Translations under genes and position numbers: made by a program
The notes under the pieces: model-generated
Seen by the model: only the letters and a program-made list of their open reading frames with translations
The model's database searches: none
What the model was told of the DNA's origin: nothing
In this document: piece after piece, positions 39,701-50,959 of the stretch
Layout: every line of letters starts with the position of its first letter
Numbering within the stretch: position 1 is the stretch's first letter
NCBI GenBank assembly: GCA_951406725.2
Contig: OX597825.1
Span: 86,242,001-86,306,000, forward strand
Direction of reading: 5' to 3'
DNA: 64,000 bases
From: Octopus vulgaris
Taxonomy: Eukaryota

Positions 39701-41568
39701 TGACATCAATAATCACTTTCAATCTCATGACCAAAGATTCATTAAAGCAGAAACTGGAGTAGAAATAGAGAGAAAAAAAAAGGAAATATATGTAAAATGT
39801 GATGAAGTTTGTAACAATGAAAATTCTTGTTTCTTTCTCTTGGGCAAGACTCTTTATTTCTATTGCTCCAGTTTGCTCAGACAGCAAAAATGAGTTCTAC
39901 TTGTATTTGAAAGGGTTAGCCTTGTCACATTTGGTGTATCACGCTGGATCACCCTCAGAACTCCTTTAAAGATTCACGTGTCTGTGGAGCACTCAGCCAC
40001 TTGCATGTTAATCCACGACCAGGCTGTTCCGTTGGTCGGATCTACTGGAACGGTTGTCACTGCAATCAATGAAGTACCAGTTATAAAAGACTTCCCATCT
40101 AGAAACAGTGAAATATTGACCGAAGTAAGAAAAAAAAAAGAAGTCCCTGCCAATCTAAATGAGTCCCACATTTGTGTGAACTTTACGAAGGGAAAATGTT
40201 TCCTTCTTCTTGGAGTGATCAAAGACAAAGCTGCACAAAAGAAGACGAATGGCATTCCATTGGTTCTCATTTGTAAAATGGTATATTCCTTATGTAGGTG
40301 TGTGAAATTAGTGATTAGGGTTATTTTAGAAAAATTTAAATCTCACAATGCCTGGCTGGCGTCCGTGCTGGTGGCATGTAAAAGCACCAACTGATCGTGG
40401 CCAATTGCCAGCCTCCCCTGGCACCTGTGCCGGTGGCACGTAAAAAACACCCACTACACTTACAGAGTGGTTGGCGTTAGGAAGGGCATCCAGCTGTAGA
40501 AACTCTCCCAGATCAAGACTGGAGCTTGGTGCAGCCTCCATGGCTTCCAGACCCTGGTCGAACCGTCCAACCCATGCTAGCGTGGAAAATGAAGATGATG
40601 ATAATGATGAACGTGAGATATTCAGCAACAGTACTTTGGAGTAAAGGTTGTTTGGCAACATAACAAGGCAGTCCAGGTTTAGGACGAATGTTACTGTAAT
40701 TTAGCCCCAGGAGAGATCGTCTCCAGCTGGCTATACAATACAGATCATGTCGTGTATAAGGACACAGATTGTGTCATGTAGCCAGAGGGAGATGATGTCT
40801 CCTCAGGCAACATTCGTCCTAAACCAGGACTGCCATGTTATGTTGGCAAACAATCTTTACTATAGGGTTATTTTGTTCACAAATATTTCAAAAAGTTTTT
40901 ACATGACATTATAACATAATTTCTGTGTGTGAATTAATGATCTCCCATTTAATGAGTGGATGTAAGAAAAATCGAGATAGTTTTTTTAAAATAAAATCAC
41001 CAAACATAAGCATGGCTCTTTAAAAACTAACTTTTGAATAGACATGTTTCAGCCTTATTAAATCTCATCAGCAAAGTTTAGTAAGGCCTTGAAGTGTTGA
41101 ATATACAAAGTGGGAGGTGGGTGTAGAGTTGGTAATTGTGAAAATAAACAATTGGAAAGAGAGGGGGGAAATGTATCAGTGAACCATTCTGTATATTTAA
41201 TACCCATAAAGTAGGGGTTTCACATAAATGAGATTAAATTAAGTAATTAGCCATGTAATTATTATTTTTAGATTTTTAAACAAGCCTAGAGGGAAGTTTG
41301 TGGGGATAATCTCAATCAAAGTTTTTTTTCTCCTGTGAGCTCCAAATGTTGTTGCATTCACTAAACAAGTCCAGCAGAGAGAATGTTTTTTGAAGTGAAC
41401 TAAATTATTGTTTATTTGTTTCAGCGTAAACAGAAAAGAGAATATCTTGATAAAATATTGCAAAAACTTTTGGCAAATATCCCTGGCAAACAGAAAGTAG
41501 ATGTAACATATTTACTGGAAGAAGGAGCGGGAAAACGACCTCGCAAGAAGCCGCAGTTCAACTTCTGA
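3111..41568 (+). CDS. ASH1L: ASH1L/ash1-like histone H3K36 methyltransferase, 3' part (20 coding exons; 5' exons upstream of window)
   Basis: The spliced translation gives the ASH1L-specific order [28 protein letters not shown] ([16 protein letters not shown]), post-SET ([10 protein letters not shown]), bromodomain, PHD, BAH and C-terminal [18 protein letters not shown]. All introns are GT-AG; the summed exon length of 2902 nt keeps frame to TGA at 41566-41568. Confidence 0.96.
8552..8612. repeat. (CT)n microsatellite
   Basis: Directly visible. Confidence 0.95.
12515..13100. mobile_element. Probable interspersed repeat inserted in (AAT)n
   Basis: A ~560-bp higher-complexity block sharply bounded on both sides by (AAT)n tracts; family not determined. 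Confidence 0.4.
17131..17176 (+). CDS. ASH1L: ASH1L small exon (46 nt)
   Basis: ttgcag|CTT...AATA|gtaagt; encodes [15 protein letters not shown], matching the LYKK..YKKIRSN segment; phases fit both neighbours. Confidence 0.88.
18620..18725 (+). CDS. ASH1L: ASH1L exon (AWS N-half)
   Basis: tttag|ATTTC...AATAG|gtaagt; [36 protein letters not shown]. Confidence 0.92.
20435..20589 (+). CDS. ASH1L: ASH1L exon (AWS C-half / SET start)
   Basis: ttag|AATG...TCTG|gtaagt; [25 protein letters not shown]...RGYGVRS. Confidence 0.95.
21141..21395 (+). mobile_element. Helentron/HINE-like non-autonomous element
   Basis: AAAGTTTCAT..AATCC..GTGGTTCTTGAGATAT core, (ACAA)n microsatellite and terminal hairpin TACCTCTGCCTT-cact-AAGGCGGGGGGTA. 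Confidence 0.55.
21572..21770 (+). CDS. ASH1L: ASH1L exon (SET core)
   Basis: ttcag|GTC...AAATG|gtaag; [12 protein letters not shown]...[20 protein letters not shown]. Confidence 0.96.
22920..23028 (+). CDS. ASH1L: ASH1L exon (SET C-terminus)
   Basis: gacag|G...CAG|gtaag; [36 protein letters not shown]. Confidence 0.95.
23193..23357 (+). CDS. ASH1L: ASH1L exon (post-SET)
   Basis: ctcag|CAA...AAA|gtgagt; [23 protein letters not shown]...; an alternative in-frame donor is possible after 23345. Confidence 0.9.
23625..23870. repeat. Long (TA)n-dominated microsatellite
   Basis: Directly visible; it is the source of the YIYI pseudo-ORFs. Confidence 0.97.
23961..24186 (+). CDS. ASH1L: ASH1L exon (linker, [21 protein letters not shown])
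   Basis: tcaag|GCT...ACAG|gtgggt; conserved PMS.RER.F...H..FLVRN motif. Confidence 0.9.
25774..25828 (+). CDS. ASH1L: ASH1L small exon (55 nt)
   Basis: ttccag|AC...CCAG|gtaaat; [19 protein letters not shown]. Confidence 0.88.
26318..26415 (+). CDS. ASH1L: ASH1L exon (bromodomain start)
   Basis: cccag|GCG...AAAA|gtaag; [32 protein letters not shown]. Confidence 0.9.
26480..26705 (+). mobile_element. Repeat family 3 (RTE-tail-like SINE/LINE 3' end ending in (GAT)n)
   Basis: AAAAGCACC..GAGTGGTTGGCATTAGGAAGGGCATCCAGCTGTAGAAAC..CCAACCCATGCCAGCATGGAAAA..GTTAAACGATGATG. Other copies lie near 22092-22267, 28850-29030(-), 33515-33670, 38015-38150, 40350-40605, 44125-44330(-), 45195-45520(-), 47775-48005 and 60598-60730. 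Confidence 0.7.
27405..27592 (+). CDS. ASH1L: ASH1L exon (bromodomain core)
   Basis: cccag|CTG...GAG|gtgagt; [45 protein letters not shown]. Confidence 0.94.
29233..29410 (+). CDS. ASH1L: ASH1L exon (bromodomain end)
   Basis: tgtag|AAA...AGAG|gtaaag; [20 protein letters not shown]...EITGE. Confidence 0.9.
30734..30825 (+). CDS. ASH1L: ASH1L exon (PHD N-half)
   Basis: ttcag|AC...TTT|gtaagt; [24 protein letters not shown]. Confidence 0.94.
31640..31980 (+). mobile_element. SINE family 2 copy
   Basis: Same head, CORE-like segment and tail (GCATGGCCACAGTCAAATGACTGAAAC) as 2418-2815. Confidence 0.75.
32630..32716 (+). CDS. ASH1L: ASH1L exon (PHD C-half)
   Basis: tgcag|ATA...AAG|gtaag; [29 protein letters not shown]. 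Confidence 0.94.
33849..34084 (+). CDS. ASH1L: ASH1L exon (BAH start)
   Basis: tgtag|GAA...CAAA|gtaagt; GDCAYVMRD...[24 protein letters not shown]. Confidence 0.94.
34285..34470 (-). mobile_element. LINE (RTE-like) 3' end fragment
   Basis: The minus strand encodes [44 protein letters not shown], followed by a TGA/TAA-rich tail. Confidence 0.6.
34691..34775 (+). CDS. ASH1L: ASH1L exon (BAH)
   Basis: tgcag|GGAT...GAG|gtaat; [28 protein letters not shown]. Confidence 0.94.
35145..35343. mobile_element. hAT (Charlie-like) MITE
   Basis: Ends CCGTGGTTCCCAAA / TTTCAGAACCACTG with degenerate 8-bp TSD TTCTAGAC / TTCTGCAC. Confidence 0.55.
35703..35884 (+). CDS. ASH1L: ASH1L exon (BAH)
   Basis: tacag|GTT...CAAG|gtaaac; [44 protein letters not shown]. 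Confidence 0.94.
37767..37839 (+). CDS. ASH1L: ASH1L exon (post-BAH)
   Basis: tctag|ATAT...TCA|gtaagt; [24 protein letters not shown]. Confidence 0.9.
38901..39203 (+). CDS. ASH1L: ASH1L exon with polyglutamine tract
   Basis: ttcag|CCT...AAG|gtaaac; [12 protein letters not shown]...Q14-P-Q7...[13 protein letters not shown]. Confidence 0.88.
41425..41568 (+). CDS. ASH1L: ASH1L last coding exon
   Basis: ttcag|CGT; [47 protein letters not shown] then TGA. Confidence 0.93.
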   Translation, partial: RKQKREYLDKILQKLLANIPGKQKVDVTYLLEEGAGKRPRKKPQFNF

Positions 41569-43413
41569 ATGTCCCCAAGACTGGCCTTGTTTCTGTCAAT
41601 GAATTTACTTTGAATGAGGTTTGTGTCCAAAACAGCACCTTGTTTTCTGTGGCAAATGGCTTTTCCACATTTGTCAATAGATCCCTCGTGTCTGCAGTGG
41701 TGATCTGCATTTGAAACCAGAATACAGAGTGCAATCTTGCAGAAGGAGAAGAAACAGAGGAAGAAGAAGAAAAAAAAATACATATATATATATATATATA
41801 TAAATAAAATGAAAAGAAAAAGAATTTTTTTTTTTTTCGTTTTGCTCTGCCAACATTTTTGGAAGAGTGGATTGAAAAATGGAAGAAAAAAAAAGGAAAG
41901 TGAAAAATAGAAAAAAAAAGCAGCAAGTGAGCAGCTTAGAGTGATTCTGACTTTTTACTTAACTGTTCAGCTTGTACTGCTGTTGTTGTTGTTGTTTGTT
42001 GTTGACAGTTTGTTAATAAATAAGTAAAATCCAAAAATACAGGCAATACACACACACACACCTACACACATATATATATGTGTATATATATATATATTCA
42101 CACACACAGACAGACACACACACACGCACGCACACACACATACCCTGGGTCTCGTCAAGGAACTGTGTCACACTCACCACCACCACCACCACTACCGCCA
42201 ACCACCACCACCACCACCACTCACTCACTCACGCATGCTGTAACATCTGACAGCCCGGTGACGAGAGGAGAGGAAAGCTAAGCCTCAGCCAAGCAAACAA
42301 TCCCCTTTTCTTCTCCTCGTACATCATCATTATCATCATCACCACCACACAGTCCGAATGTGCGAGGAAAAGAAGCCGGGGAGGAGAAACATCCAGTTGA
42401 ACCGATTCTCTCTCTCCTTGTTAAAAGACACGGCCACAGTCCAAGCGGAGAGGGGAGATAATTCATTCGCTTCTCTACATCTCGACGTCAAGGGAGGTAA
42501 TTTAGTTCTCTTGTGAAAAAGAAAAAAAATCTATAAATATATATTAAACACGATTTATGAACAAATTTACATATAAAATTCCGACCCTCCCCCCTCTTTT
42601 TTTTTAATTCGACTACTATTTTGTTGATGTTTTTCATTTGTTTTTGCCATATTTGGTAGTCACGCTATTGTCATTACAGTTTTATTTTTTAACTTTTTTT
42701 TTAAGCGAAGGAAGAAAATTGTAATAAAAACGCGAAGAAACTAAAATTATTATTATTATTATTATTAAAATCGAATTGGAAAAGAAGAAAGAAGATATAC
42801 AAACAAATACACACATACGCCATAACTCAGTTTATCAAAAGTCATGGAAGCAATTTATTGTGTGACACTCATATATATATATATACATATATATATGTAT
42901 ACGTATATATATATATATGTATATGTATATATATATATATGTGTATATATATATATAATATATATATGTATATATATATATTCATACACTCTCATTTATT
43001 TGTATATTAGCATCAGTCAATATGTAAATATCTAATGGCTGTTTGTCATGTGTGGAAAACAAAAAAGAAATTAATTAAGATTTTCAACTCAGTATGTAAC
43101 ATTTCCTGTCAACACTCTTCCTCTATACACACTCACTCCTCTTACACACACACACTCTCTCTCTCTCCTTCATCACTCTCTCTCTCTTTTTCTCTCTCTG
43201 TCTCGCTCTGTTTACCTTCCACTCCAGTCTAAGTCCTCCCCCTGCTCCACCTTTTATTCCAGCCTTAGCAACCAAGAAAGATTCCTATCTGGTTGCTAGT
43301 TATAATAATAATAATAACTCTGGTCAGTTTAATCTCATCTGGCGCTACTGAGCAAGACATTGTTAGGTCCACATCTGTATGATAAATTCGATTGTCCATA
43401 ACTTGATTTCTGA

Positions 43414-43419
43414 AATAAA
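43414..43419 (+). terminator. Candidate ASH1L polyadenylation signal (3' UTR about 41569-43440)
   Basis: AATAAA followed ~40 nt later by a T/GT-rich tract; other AATAAA hexamers occur earlier in the UTR, so usage is uncertain. Confidence 0.4.
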
Positions 43420-44907
43420 TGAATGATCAGTATTTCTGGAAACATCTAAACTGCTGTAATTTTCTTCTTTTTTTTTGTTTGTATTTGTCACAAATGCTGT
43501 TAATATTTGAAAATGTTCTCTAATTCACACAGGCTCGTATGTACATTCTTTTCAGATCACTCCCCCATTTCATGTATGTCTTCTTCCTTCCACCCCTTCG
43601 CTTCATTTTTTGCAGTGCCACCTTGAGAACAACCTCACTAATTATCTCTTCACAGCTGCGACCCTATTGCTGTTGCTCACCCCAAAAGAATTTCTACTGC
43701 TCTACGACTGTTCTTTACCTGTGAGTTTCGCTGAGGTTCTCTTCCATCTTACCTCTTGCACACATCCCTTGCACTCCACGATTTCTCTAGATCTACTTTG
43801 CTGATACTGATGTTGCCATGTAGCTTCCCTACAACAAAAACCTGCTCTGCTCCATCCCCTCCCATCAAGTTTTGTGGGCTTGTAAGCTGTGGCACAAGAA
43901 AGGCCTTGGGAAAATATTACCTTGCTTGGAAATAGGTGAGGGTTGGTGACAGGAAGTATATCCTGCCGTAGAAGATCTGCCTCAACGAACTCCGCCCAAC
44001 TGATGCAAGCAGGGAGAAGTGGATGTTGCTGCTTTCACACACACACACACACATGTAGCTTGTTGTTTAGTCTCGATTTTCCCTCCATCCTGCAACTTTA
44101 TCAGCACAATCTCTTCATCCTCATCGTTGTTGTTGCTGCACCAGGCTCCAATTTGATCTGGCAAAGTTTCTACAACTGGGTGCCCCTCCTAGCGCTAACC
44201 ACTCTGAGAGTGTAGTGGGTGCTTTTCATGTGCCACCGGCTCAGGCGGTACTGGCATTGACCATGCTTGAATGGTGCTTTTTACGTACCACTGGCACAGG
44301 AGCCAGTCAGGCGGCACTGGCAACCATGTTTATCATTTGTCACCAATGCATCCACCTCCCCACTCCCTCCAAATACTAGAAAGCTTACCTTGATTCACTC
44401 CCTTGGTAAGTAGCTCAGCATCAACCATACCAGATGCATACATTTTACTACTAATCCCTCACCTCAACTCATATAGTTCCTAGTGGCTGGGGTTAACACC
44501 TTCAATGGTGATAATAATAACAATTCTCAATCATTGGTAAATGAGTGAATAACTGACCAAAACTGGAAATATCCAGTCATGTGTGAGCGCTTTCCAGTCA
44601 TCAACAAGCAATCATATAAACTTCCTTATTTTCCACAGTTGCAGAAGTCAAACAGCACCAAAGTAAATCACTTCTGGAAATCTCTTCTTTTCAGTTTAAA
44701 AGGTTTATGGTTGCCAACATCAGTATCAGCAAGGTAGATCGAGAGAAATTGTGGAGTGCAAGAGGTAAGATGGAAGAGAACCTCAGCCAAACTCACAAGA
44801 AGACACAGTTTCAAGAATCCTGCTGCAGACTCCAATGATACCAACTTCATTCTCACAACAAGCAATTTTACTGGATTAAGACTAAACCATAAGCATTTCT
44901 AAAGGTT

Positions 44908-45126
44908 CCAGGACAACTCATTCCTGGACAATTGATATCTAAGACAACTCATACCTGGTATAAAGTGATAAAGATTTAATTTGTGGGTGCATGTGTGTTC
45001 GTGTGATATGTATTTGTGTGTGTCCAGTTATTTTATAGATTTTTTCTTTCAAAATTAAGTCTTTATCACTTTATACCAGGTATGAGTTGTCTTAGATGTC
45101 AATTGTCCAGGTATGAGTTGTCCTGG
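44908..45126. mobile_element. Foldback/MITE with ~75-bp TIRs containing internal GACAACTCAT.CCTGG repeats
   Basis: Arms at about 44908-44982 and 45051-45126 are reverse complements with few mismatches. Confidence 0.7.
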
Positions 45127-45194
45127 CACTATTTCTATGGCGTACCTGGTATAATGATACAAGAGGTGAAGAGAGATGAATATTCTTGGGAGTT

Positions 45195-45990
45195 GTCATC
45201 ATCGTTTAACATCCATTTTCCATGCTAGCATGGGTGGGACAGTTCGACCGGGTCTGGGAAGCAAGGAGACTGCACCAGGTCCAATCTGATCTAGCCATAT
45301 TTCTACAGCTGGATGCCCTTCCTAACGCCAACTACTCCGTGAGTGTAGTGGGTGCTTTTTACGTGCCACCAGCACAGGTGCCAGGGGGAGACTTGCAATG
45401 GCCACGATTGGTTGGTGCCTTTTATGTGCCACTGGCACGGAAGCCAGTCAAGGTGGCGCTGGCATCGGCCACGTTCGGATGGTGCTTTTTACGTGCTACC
45501 AGCACAGGTATCACAACAACAATTTCCATTTGATTTTTATTTGATGTTGATGCACTTGACTTAATAGGTCTCCGCAAGCATAGCAGGTTGCCCTATGATC
45601 CAAGGTAAGCACAGCAGGCCGTTCTGCGATCCAAGGTACTTTGGATGGGCTGGGGCTGCTATGTAAAACTGGTGCAGAAAACAGCCATGAACTCGCGTTA
45701 TTTGTTGGGTCTTTGCAGTTACAGCATATCTCCAGAGATCTCGGTCTTTTGTCATTGCCTCTGTGAGGCCTAATGTTCGAAGGTCATGCTTGACCACCTC
45801 ATCCCATGTCTTCCTGGGTCTACCTCTACCCCGGATTCATTCAACTGTTTGGGAGTGGCACTTCTTCACACATCTCTCCTCATCCATCTGTTGCACATGA
45901 CCATATCAGCGCAAACGTCTCTCTTGCATGCCGCATCCAATGCTTCTTATGTCCAGCATTTCTCTCAGGGCGCTTACACTCTTGTCAATC
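45195..45990 (-). mobile_element. RTE-type LINE 3' fragment (degenerate ORF C-terminus plus family-3 tail)
   Basis: The minus strand encodes ..ERRLR*YGHV..GRGRPRKTWDEVVKHDLRTLGLTEAMTKDRDLWR, a typical RTE C-terminus, and continues into the family-3 3' tail. Confidence 0.75.
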
Positions 45991-48064
45991 ACCAGAAATT
46001 TACAACCTGATCACCGACCAATCAGATGGAACGCAAGTCAGATTTTATTCTCACCAAGGAATGAGATAGACAAATGGTTATGACTTCTAAATCTCATCTC
46101 TGGTGAAAAAGGCACCATCCGACGTAGATTAGTGACATTAGAGTTAAAGTTGGGCAAACTCAGTGATGAAAAAGTAATCTGGAGAAGGAAGACATCAAAG
46201 CTAAAAGAGGGTTCGTCCAAGTTGGAAGTTCAGAGAGTTTTTAAATGACAGCCGGGTGAAGGGATTACAAGAACTGGGAGTTGTGAAATAACCTGTTGAG
46301 TGCTACAAATCAAACCTGTGACTGATGTGAGGTTGCTACCTGATCAAAGAAGGTGGTAGAATGATGATTTAAATTGAGGTGTGAATACTAAGAGACAGGC
46401 TTCGTAATAAAAGGGACGAGGTTGTCACTAAGTTGCTAGAAGAGAATCTAGGCATTAAATAGGGAGAAGCATAAAAATTTGCACAGGTTTTGTGATGTGA
46501 GGATTTGCAAGACAGTATATGAGAGAAAATTGTCACATTGCTGTGAAGAAGGGCATGGGGGAAAACTAGAGGCACACTTGGGGCCTTACTGTTGATGAAA
46601 AGAACATGGCCGGGTGGGGGTATGTGTGATTGTAGTGTGTTGCTGCATTAACTGTTTGTCAGTATATTTCTGGCTGACCCTTCCTAGAAGGGTCCCAATC
46701 AGTCTCTGTGAGAGACCTTCTCATCTGCCATAACCACGTAGCATGTGGACAACCAACATGAGCCATCAATCTAGCTGGACCCTCAATTAAGAGAACAGGG
46801 TCTAACCCAGAAAATCAAGCAAGGTGGCCAAACAGCCTGAGCTGGCACCCACGAATCATAAGAAGTAACAGGGTGCATCCCAGTTTCTGAGCAGAGTCTG
46901 AAATCTGACAAATGGTAACCTATAATGCAATGAAGCATCATGGTGCCAAAGGAATTCAGGTGGCTCCTGAAGGCCTCAGTGTCCAAACTGTAAAGCAACC
47001 AGGAAGTCATGAGTGGTTAATGATCATGGAAAATGAACAGGAGAGATAGGGTCTGTCCTAAGTAGACCCCGTCTCTATGTGGAACAGATCAGATATCTTT
47101 TAACAGGTATCACTGAATTTTTTAAAATATGTAAAAATCTAATTTCTGCTGTTCTCTTTCTTGGAGAGCGTCCAAAAAGAAACATTTTGATGGCTCATTT
47201 GTGGAATTTTGTGGAATTTTGATGAATGTTTCAGGAAATATGACAATTTGAAGGGTCAGCAAATTGGTTAAAACCTTGCCTAATTACCCTAAATGAATAA
47301 TTAACCATATTTGCAATGTTATATCTGTAAAACTGAGGTGATAATCATCTTCAAATTACACAAATTAATACTGGCCATGGTACAGCAGTTGCCTTTTTTT
47401 TTTTTTGCAGGTTCTTGGAAAGAAAACAATCTTGTGGCAATTTTTAAAATATTTATGTAACGCCTATTTTGTAGCAAAGGTCAATTTTGCAGTGTTTTCA
47501 GACCACACTAAATCCAGAAGTACCAGTCACAGGGACATGAGATTTTTGGCACATTTGTAATAAGTATGAAACTAAATAAAACCTGAGATTTTGGAACATG
47601 GCATCATTTCAATAGAATATTAATGGACTATAAAAGATGGTTATAAATGGTGGAATTTTCGATAAAAACACCCACATAAATTGGATTTTCTGTTTTGACG
47701 AGGATATTCCCAATTTTTATTTCATCATGGCCTCGGAAATGATGGTAGGAAGCTTCTTATGAAAAATTATGAGTTGAGAGTGTGGTGGGTGCTTTCAGAG
47801 TGGCTGGATGCCCTTCCTAACGCCAACCACTCTGAAAGCACCCACTACACTCTTGGGGTGGTTGGCATTAGGAAGGGTATCCAGCTGTAGAAACTCTGCC
47901 AGATCAGATTGGAGCCTGGTGCAGCCATCTGGTTCGCCAGTCCTCAGTCAAACCGTCCAACCCATGCCAGCATGGAAAGCGGACGTTAAACGATGATGAT
48001 GATGAAAGCAGAAAAGGACGTTACGTTAAACGGGGTATTATTGTGCGTGTATATATATATATTT

Positions 48065-48291
48065 CTTTACTACCCACAAGGGGCTAAACACAGAGGGGAC
48101 AAACAAGGACAGACAAAGGGATTAAGTCGACTACATCGACCCCAGTGCGTAACTGGTACTTAATTTATCGACCCCGAAAGGATGAAAGGCAAAGTCGACC
48201 TCGGCGGAATTTGAACTCGGAACGTAACGACAGACGAAATACGACTACGAATTTCGCCCGGCGTGCTAACGTTTCTACCAGCTCGCCGCCA
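48065..48291 (-). mobile_element. tRNA-derived SINE family 1, well-preserved copy
   Basis: Nearly identical to 615-835 (same pseudo-ORF [24 protein letters not shown]); an inverted 3' fragment lies at 48686-48771. Confidence 0.8.
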
Positions 48292-48315
48292 TTATATATT
48301 ATATATATATATATA

Positions 48316-48685
48316 CTAGCAGTATCGCCCGGCGTTGCTCGGGTTTGTTTTCTTTTCGACCCTTTAGAATTGGAATTTTTGAAAAGTAAAAATTTTTCAT
48401 TATGTAGTATCTTGTTATTCTCTTTAAGTGAACATTTTTCTGGTTGAAATACACCGAAAAATGGCAACACAGCACTAAAAAAATCGTAAAAAATAGGGAT
48501 TTTCATAGAAAAAAAGTGCCTTTTTGGTGTAAATAATTTTTGGTGTTAACATGGTCCGATCTGAATTTTATCTTCTACGGAAGGAAGAGCAAGCCTTCTT
48601 CTATCATACTCTCAATTTTGGTCAACTTGCGCCGCAGGATCTCGGAGGAGATAGTGTTAGTTGAAGGCTACCAAACCTGCCATAT
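48316..48685 (-). mobile_element. Non-autonomous Helitron-like element
   Basis: The minus-strand 3' end reads CCCGAGC-AAC-GCCGGG (hairpin), then ~8 nt, then CTAG|T, next to a (TA)n tract; the 5' boundary is approximate. Confidence 0.6.
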
Positions 48686-49001
48686 ACCCCGAAAGGATGT
48701 AATCGACTTAATCCGTTTGTCTGTCCTTGTTTGTCCCCTCTGTGTGTAGCCCCTTGTGGGTAGTAAAGAAATAAATGAACGTTGTTATAGTTTACCGATT
48801 GCGATACAAAATTTAATTGACAGAAACACAACTTAAATTGTACCAGTTTTTAAAATATCAAAACTATCGATTAATTTGGCAGCAGCTGTTTCGGTAAAAG
48901 AGTTCCAGTTCCGTTTCGATTTACGTCGTCGACGAATTAAGATAAGAAGTGAGATTAAATTAAAACCTAAACATATATATATGTGTGTGTGTGGATGTAA
49001 A

Positions 49002-49313
49002 ATGATAATTATTATTGAGATGCGTTGATGTAAGGAAGGTTGAGAGAGATGGTCATGGATGGAGATTCCCGTTAATTGCAGTGTCTAAGTCTACCAAAAC
49101 CCGTTTCCTTCTTGTTCCTGCGTAAATCTTGTTGTTTAGCAAAAGAGAGTTTGGTCAATGTTGGAACTGTGTCGAATAGAAACAACAGACATGGCATTGG
49201 GCCTTAATTGAGATAATTAATGGACCTTAATTGTGACGGGTCTGACCCTTTCCGTGGGGCACCGCCCCCTCCTCCTCTTCTGATATTATTCGAATTGGTT
49301 CCACATTGTTTAT
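49002..49313 (+). other. Putative non-coding first exon of ZNF gene A
   Basis: Near-identical to 55917-56228 and ends at TAT|gtaagt; the matching acceptor is ttccag| before 51339. Confidence 0.55.
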
Positions 49314-50959
49314 GTAAGTACCATTCTATCCTTTTATTTCTGTTGGATCCATCTCTTTACATTATGTTAGATTGATGTCTGTGGAAATGGACGGACAAAC
49401 ATCTCCGCTTTTACCTCGATATTCTCACATCTTTGTCGTTGTTTTGTCAAAAGTTGGGGTTAGGGTTAATAGTGTTAAGGTACCCTTAATTCTGGTGACC
49501 AGATGTTGTCCTTCGATTTTCTTTGGGGTATTTATAATTGTAGACATAACGGGAAGCTTTCTTTTAACACTTAGAGCTGTTTCCTGTTTTAATGTCATAA
49601 AAAGTAATTCTTTATTTGATCAATTTAAACATTTAGTTGTGACAGATCAATAAGTATCAATCAATTCTATGTTATAGAGACACGGCAAAATCAAGGAAAA
49701 GACAAAATTGTTGAATGTTTCTTTTGTTGAATATATTTCTGAATCGAATGTCTTTTGACAACTATCACAGGGATTCGATATCGAAAGAATGCCCTGTCTT
49801 GCGAAACAGGGACAATATCAACATATAAATAACTATATATATATAAACATATATATTATATTAAATTAGAGATAAAACCACTATTAGTTTGTAAGTTTGG
49901 GTGCCTTGTCGTATTTGTTCCGACTCTTTGTGTTCCAAGTTAAAATCCCTACATGACCTTCACAAATGTTAGACTTAATCCATTGTCCGCTTTAATATCA
50001 CCACCACTTGGTCCCTTCGGGTGTCTTTGAGTTCTTTCTGTCGCAGTCATTCAAGTCTTGTCTCCAATTTTAGGAGATCGTTTAACATTAACTTTGGCGA
50101 CTTAGAAGCCATGAAAGAAGGCTTCGCTTTGCGATAAAAGGAAAAATGAAATTCATTGACAAACTTCGATAAAGTTTCCTGATAAACCATTACCGTAATA
50201 TTTCATTTTACACACACACACACACACACACGCACGTGTGTGTGTATAATTTTCTGAACATGACTGGATTGGTGCCCGATTTTGTTTCCTCATAGTTTTC
50301 TAGAAAAAAACAAAATTTAATGAAATTTCGTAGATACGTTTTCGAGGATGAAGTTACGCTATGTTTTAAACATGTAAATCTGAAAAAAACCCCGAAACTT
50401 AAGGAAATTGGTGGCCACAAAGCAATGGGTTGGTGCGTGGAGAAGAAGAGTTCAAATATTCGTCAACAGATTTTTTTCCCTTTTTGCCAAATTTTCTAAA
50501 GGTAATCTCTAAAGTTTCATTTAAAAATATGCATTTTTCAAAACGTTAGGAGGAAATAAATTCCGAGGGACACTATTCTGTAGTTTTTCGTCATTTTCGG
50601 ATTCCTTTGTCATTTGAACACTCGATATTACGATTGTATGACAACAACAACTATAATCTGTATATATAAACGAGATATTGTGTGTGTGCGTGCGTATGCA
50701 TTGGAAAACTGAGTTGCTGACTTTGACGTATGGAGTATCAGTAATCTTTCGGCTACCAAATAAACTTTATTTTCATTTACATATTTTGTGCGCTATCTCA
50801 ACAACCAACTACAGTTATTTGAAACACGCTGCTCTACAACGACCAGGTTTTATTAGAAATGGAAAATAGTTTCACTCTTTCAATTTGAACCAAAATTACA
50901 AAGTGTTGCCATACAAGAGTGACGATGTGTGAATAATGAAAGTAATGTTTCTCCGAATT

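Noticed and set aside
39978-40394. 138-aa intronic ORF
   Set aside because: No recognisable domain or splice context; it runs into a SINE and is not needed to complete ASH1L.
46000-47040. Possible degenerate LINE endonuclease region on the minus strand
   Set aside because: No diagnostic motif could be read with confidence.
47060-48040. AT-rich block with ACCCCGT/ACGGGGT ends, suggesting a DNA transposon
   Set aside because: The terminal match is only ~7 bp and there is no clear TSD.
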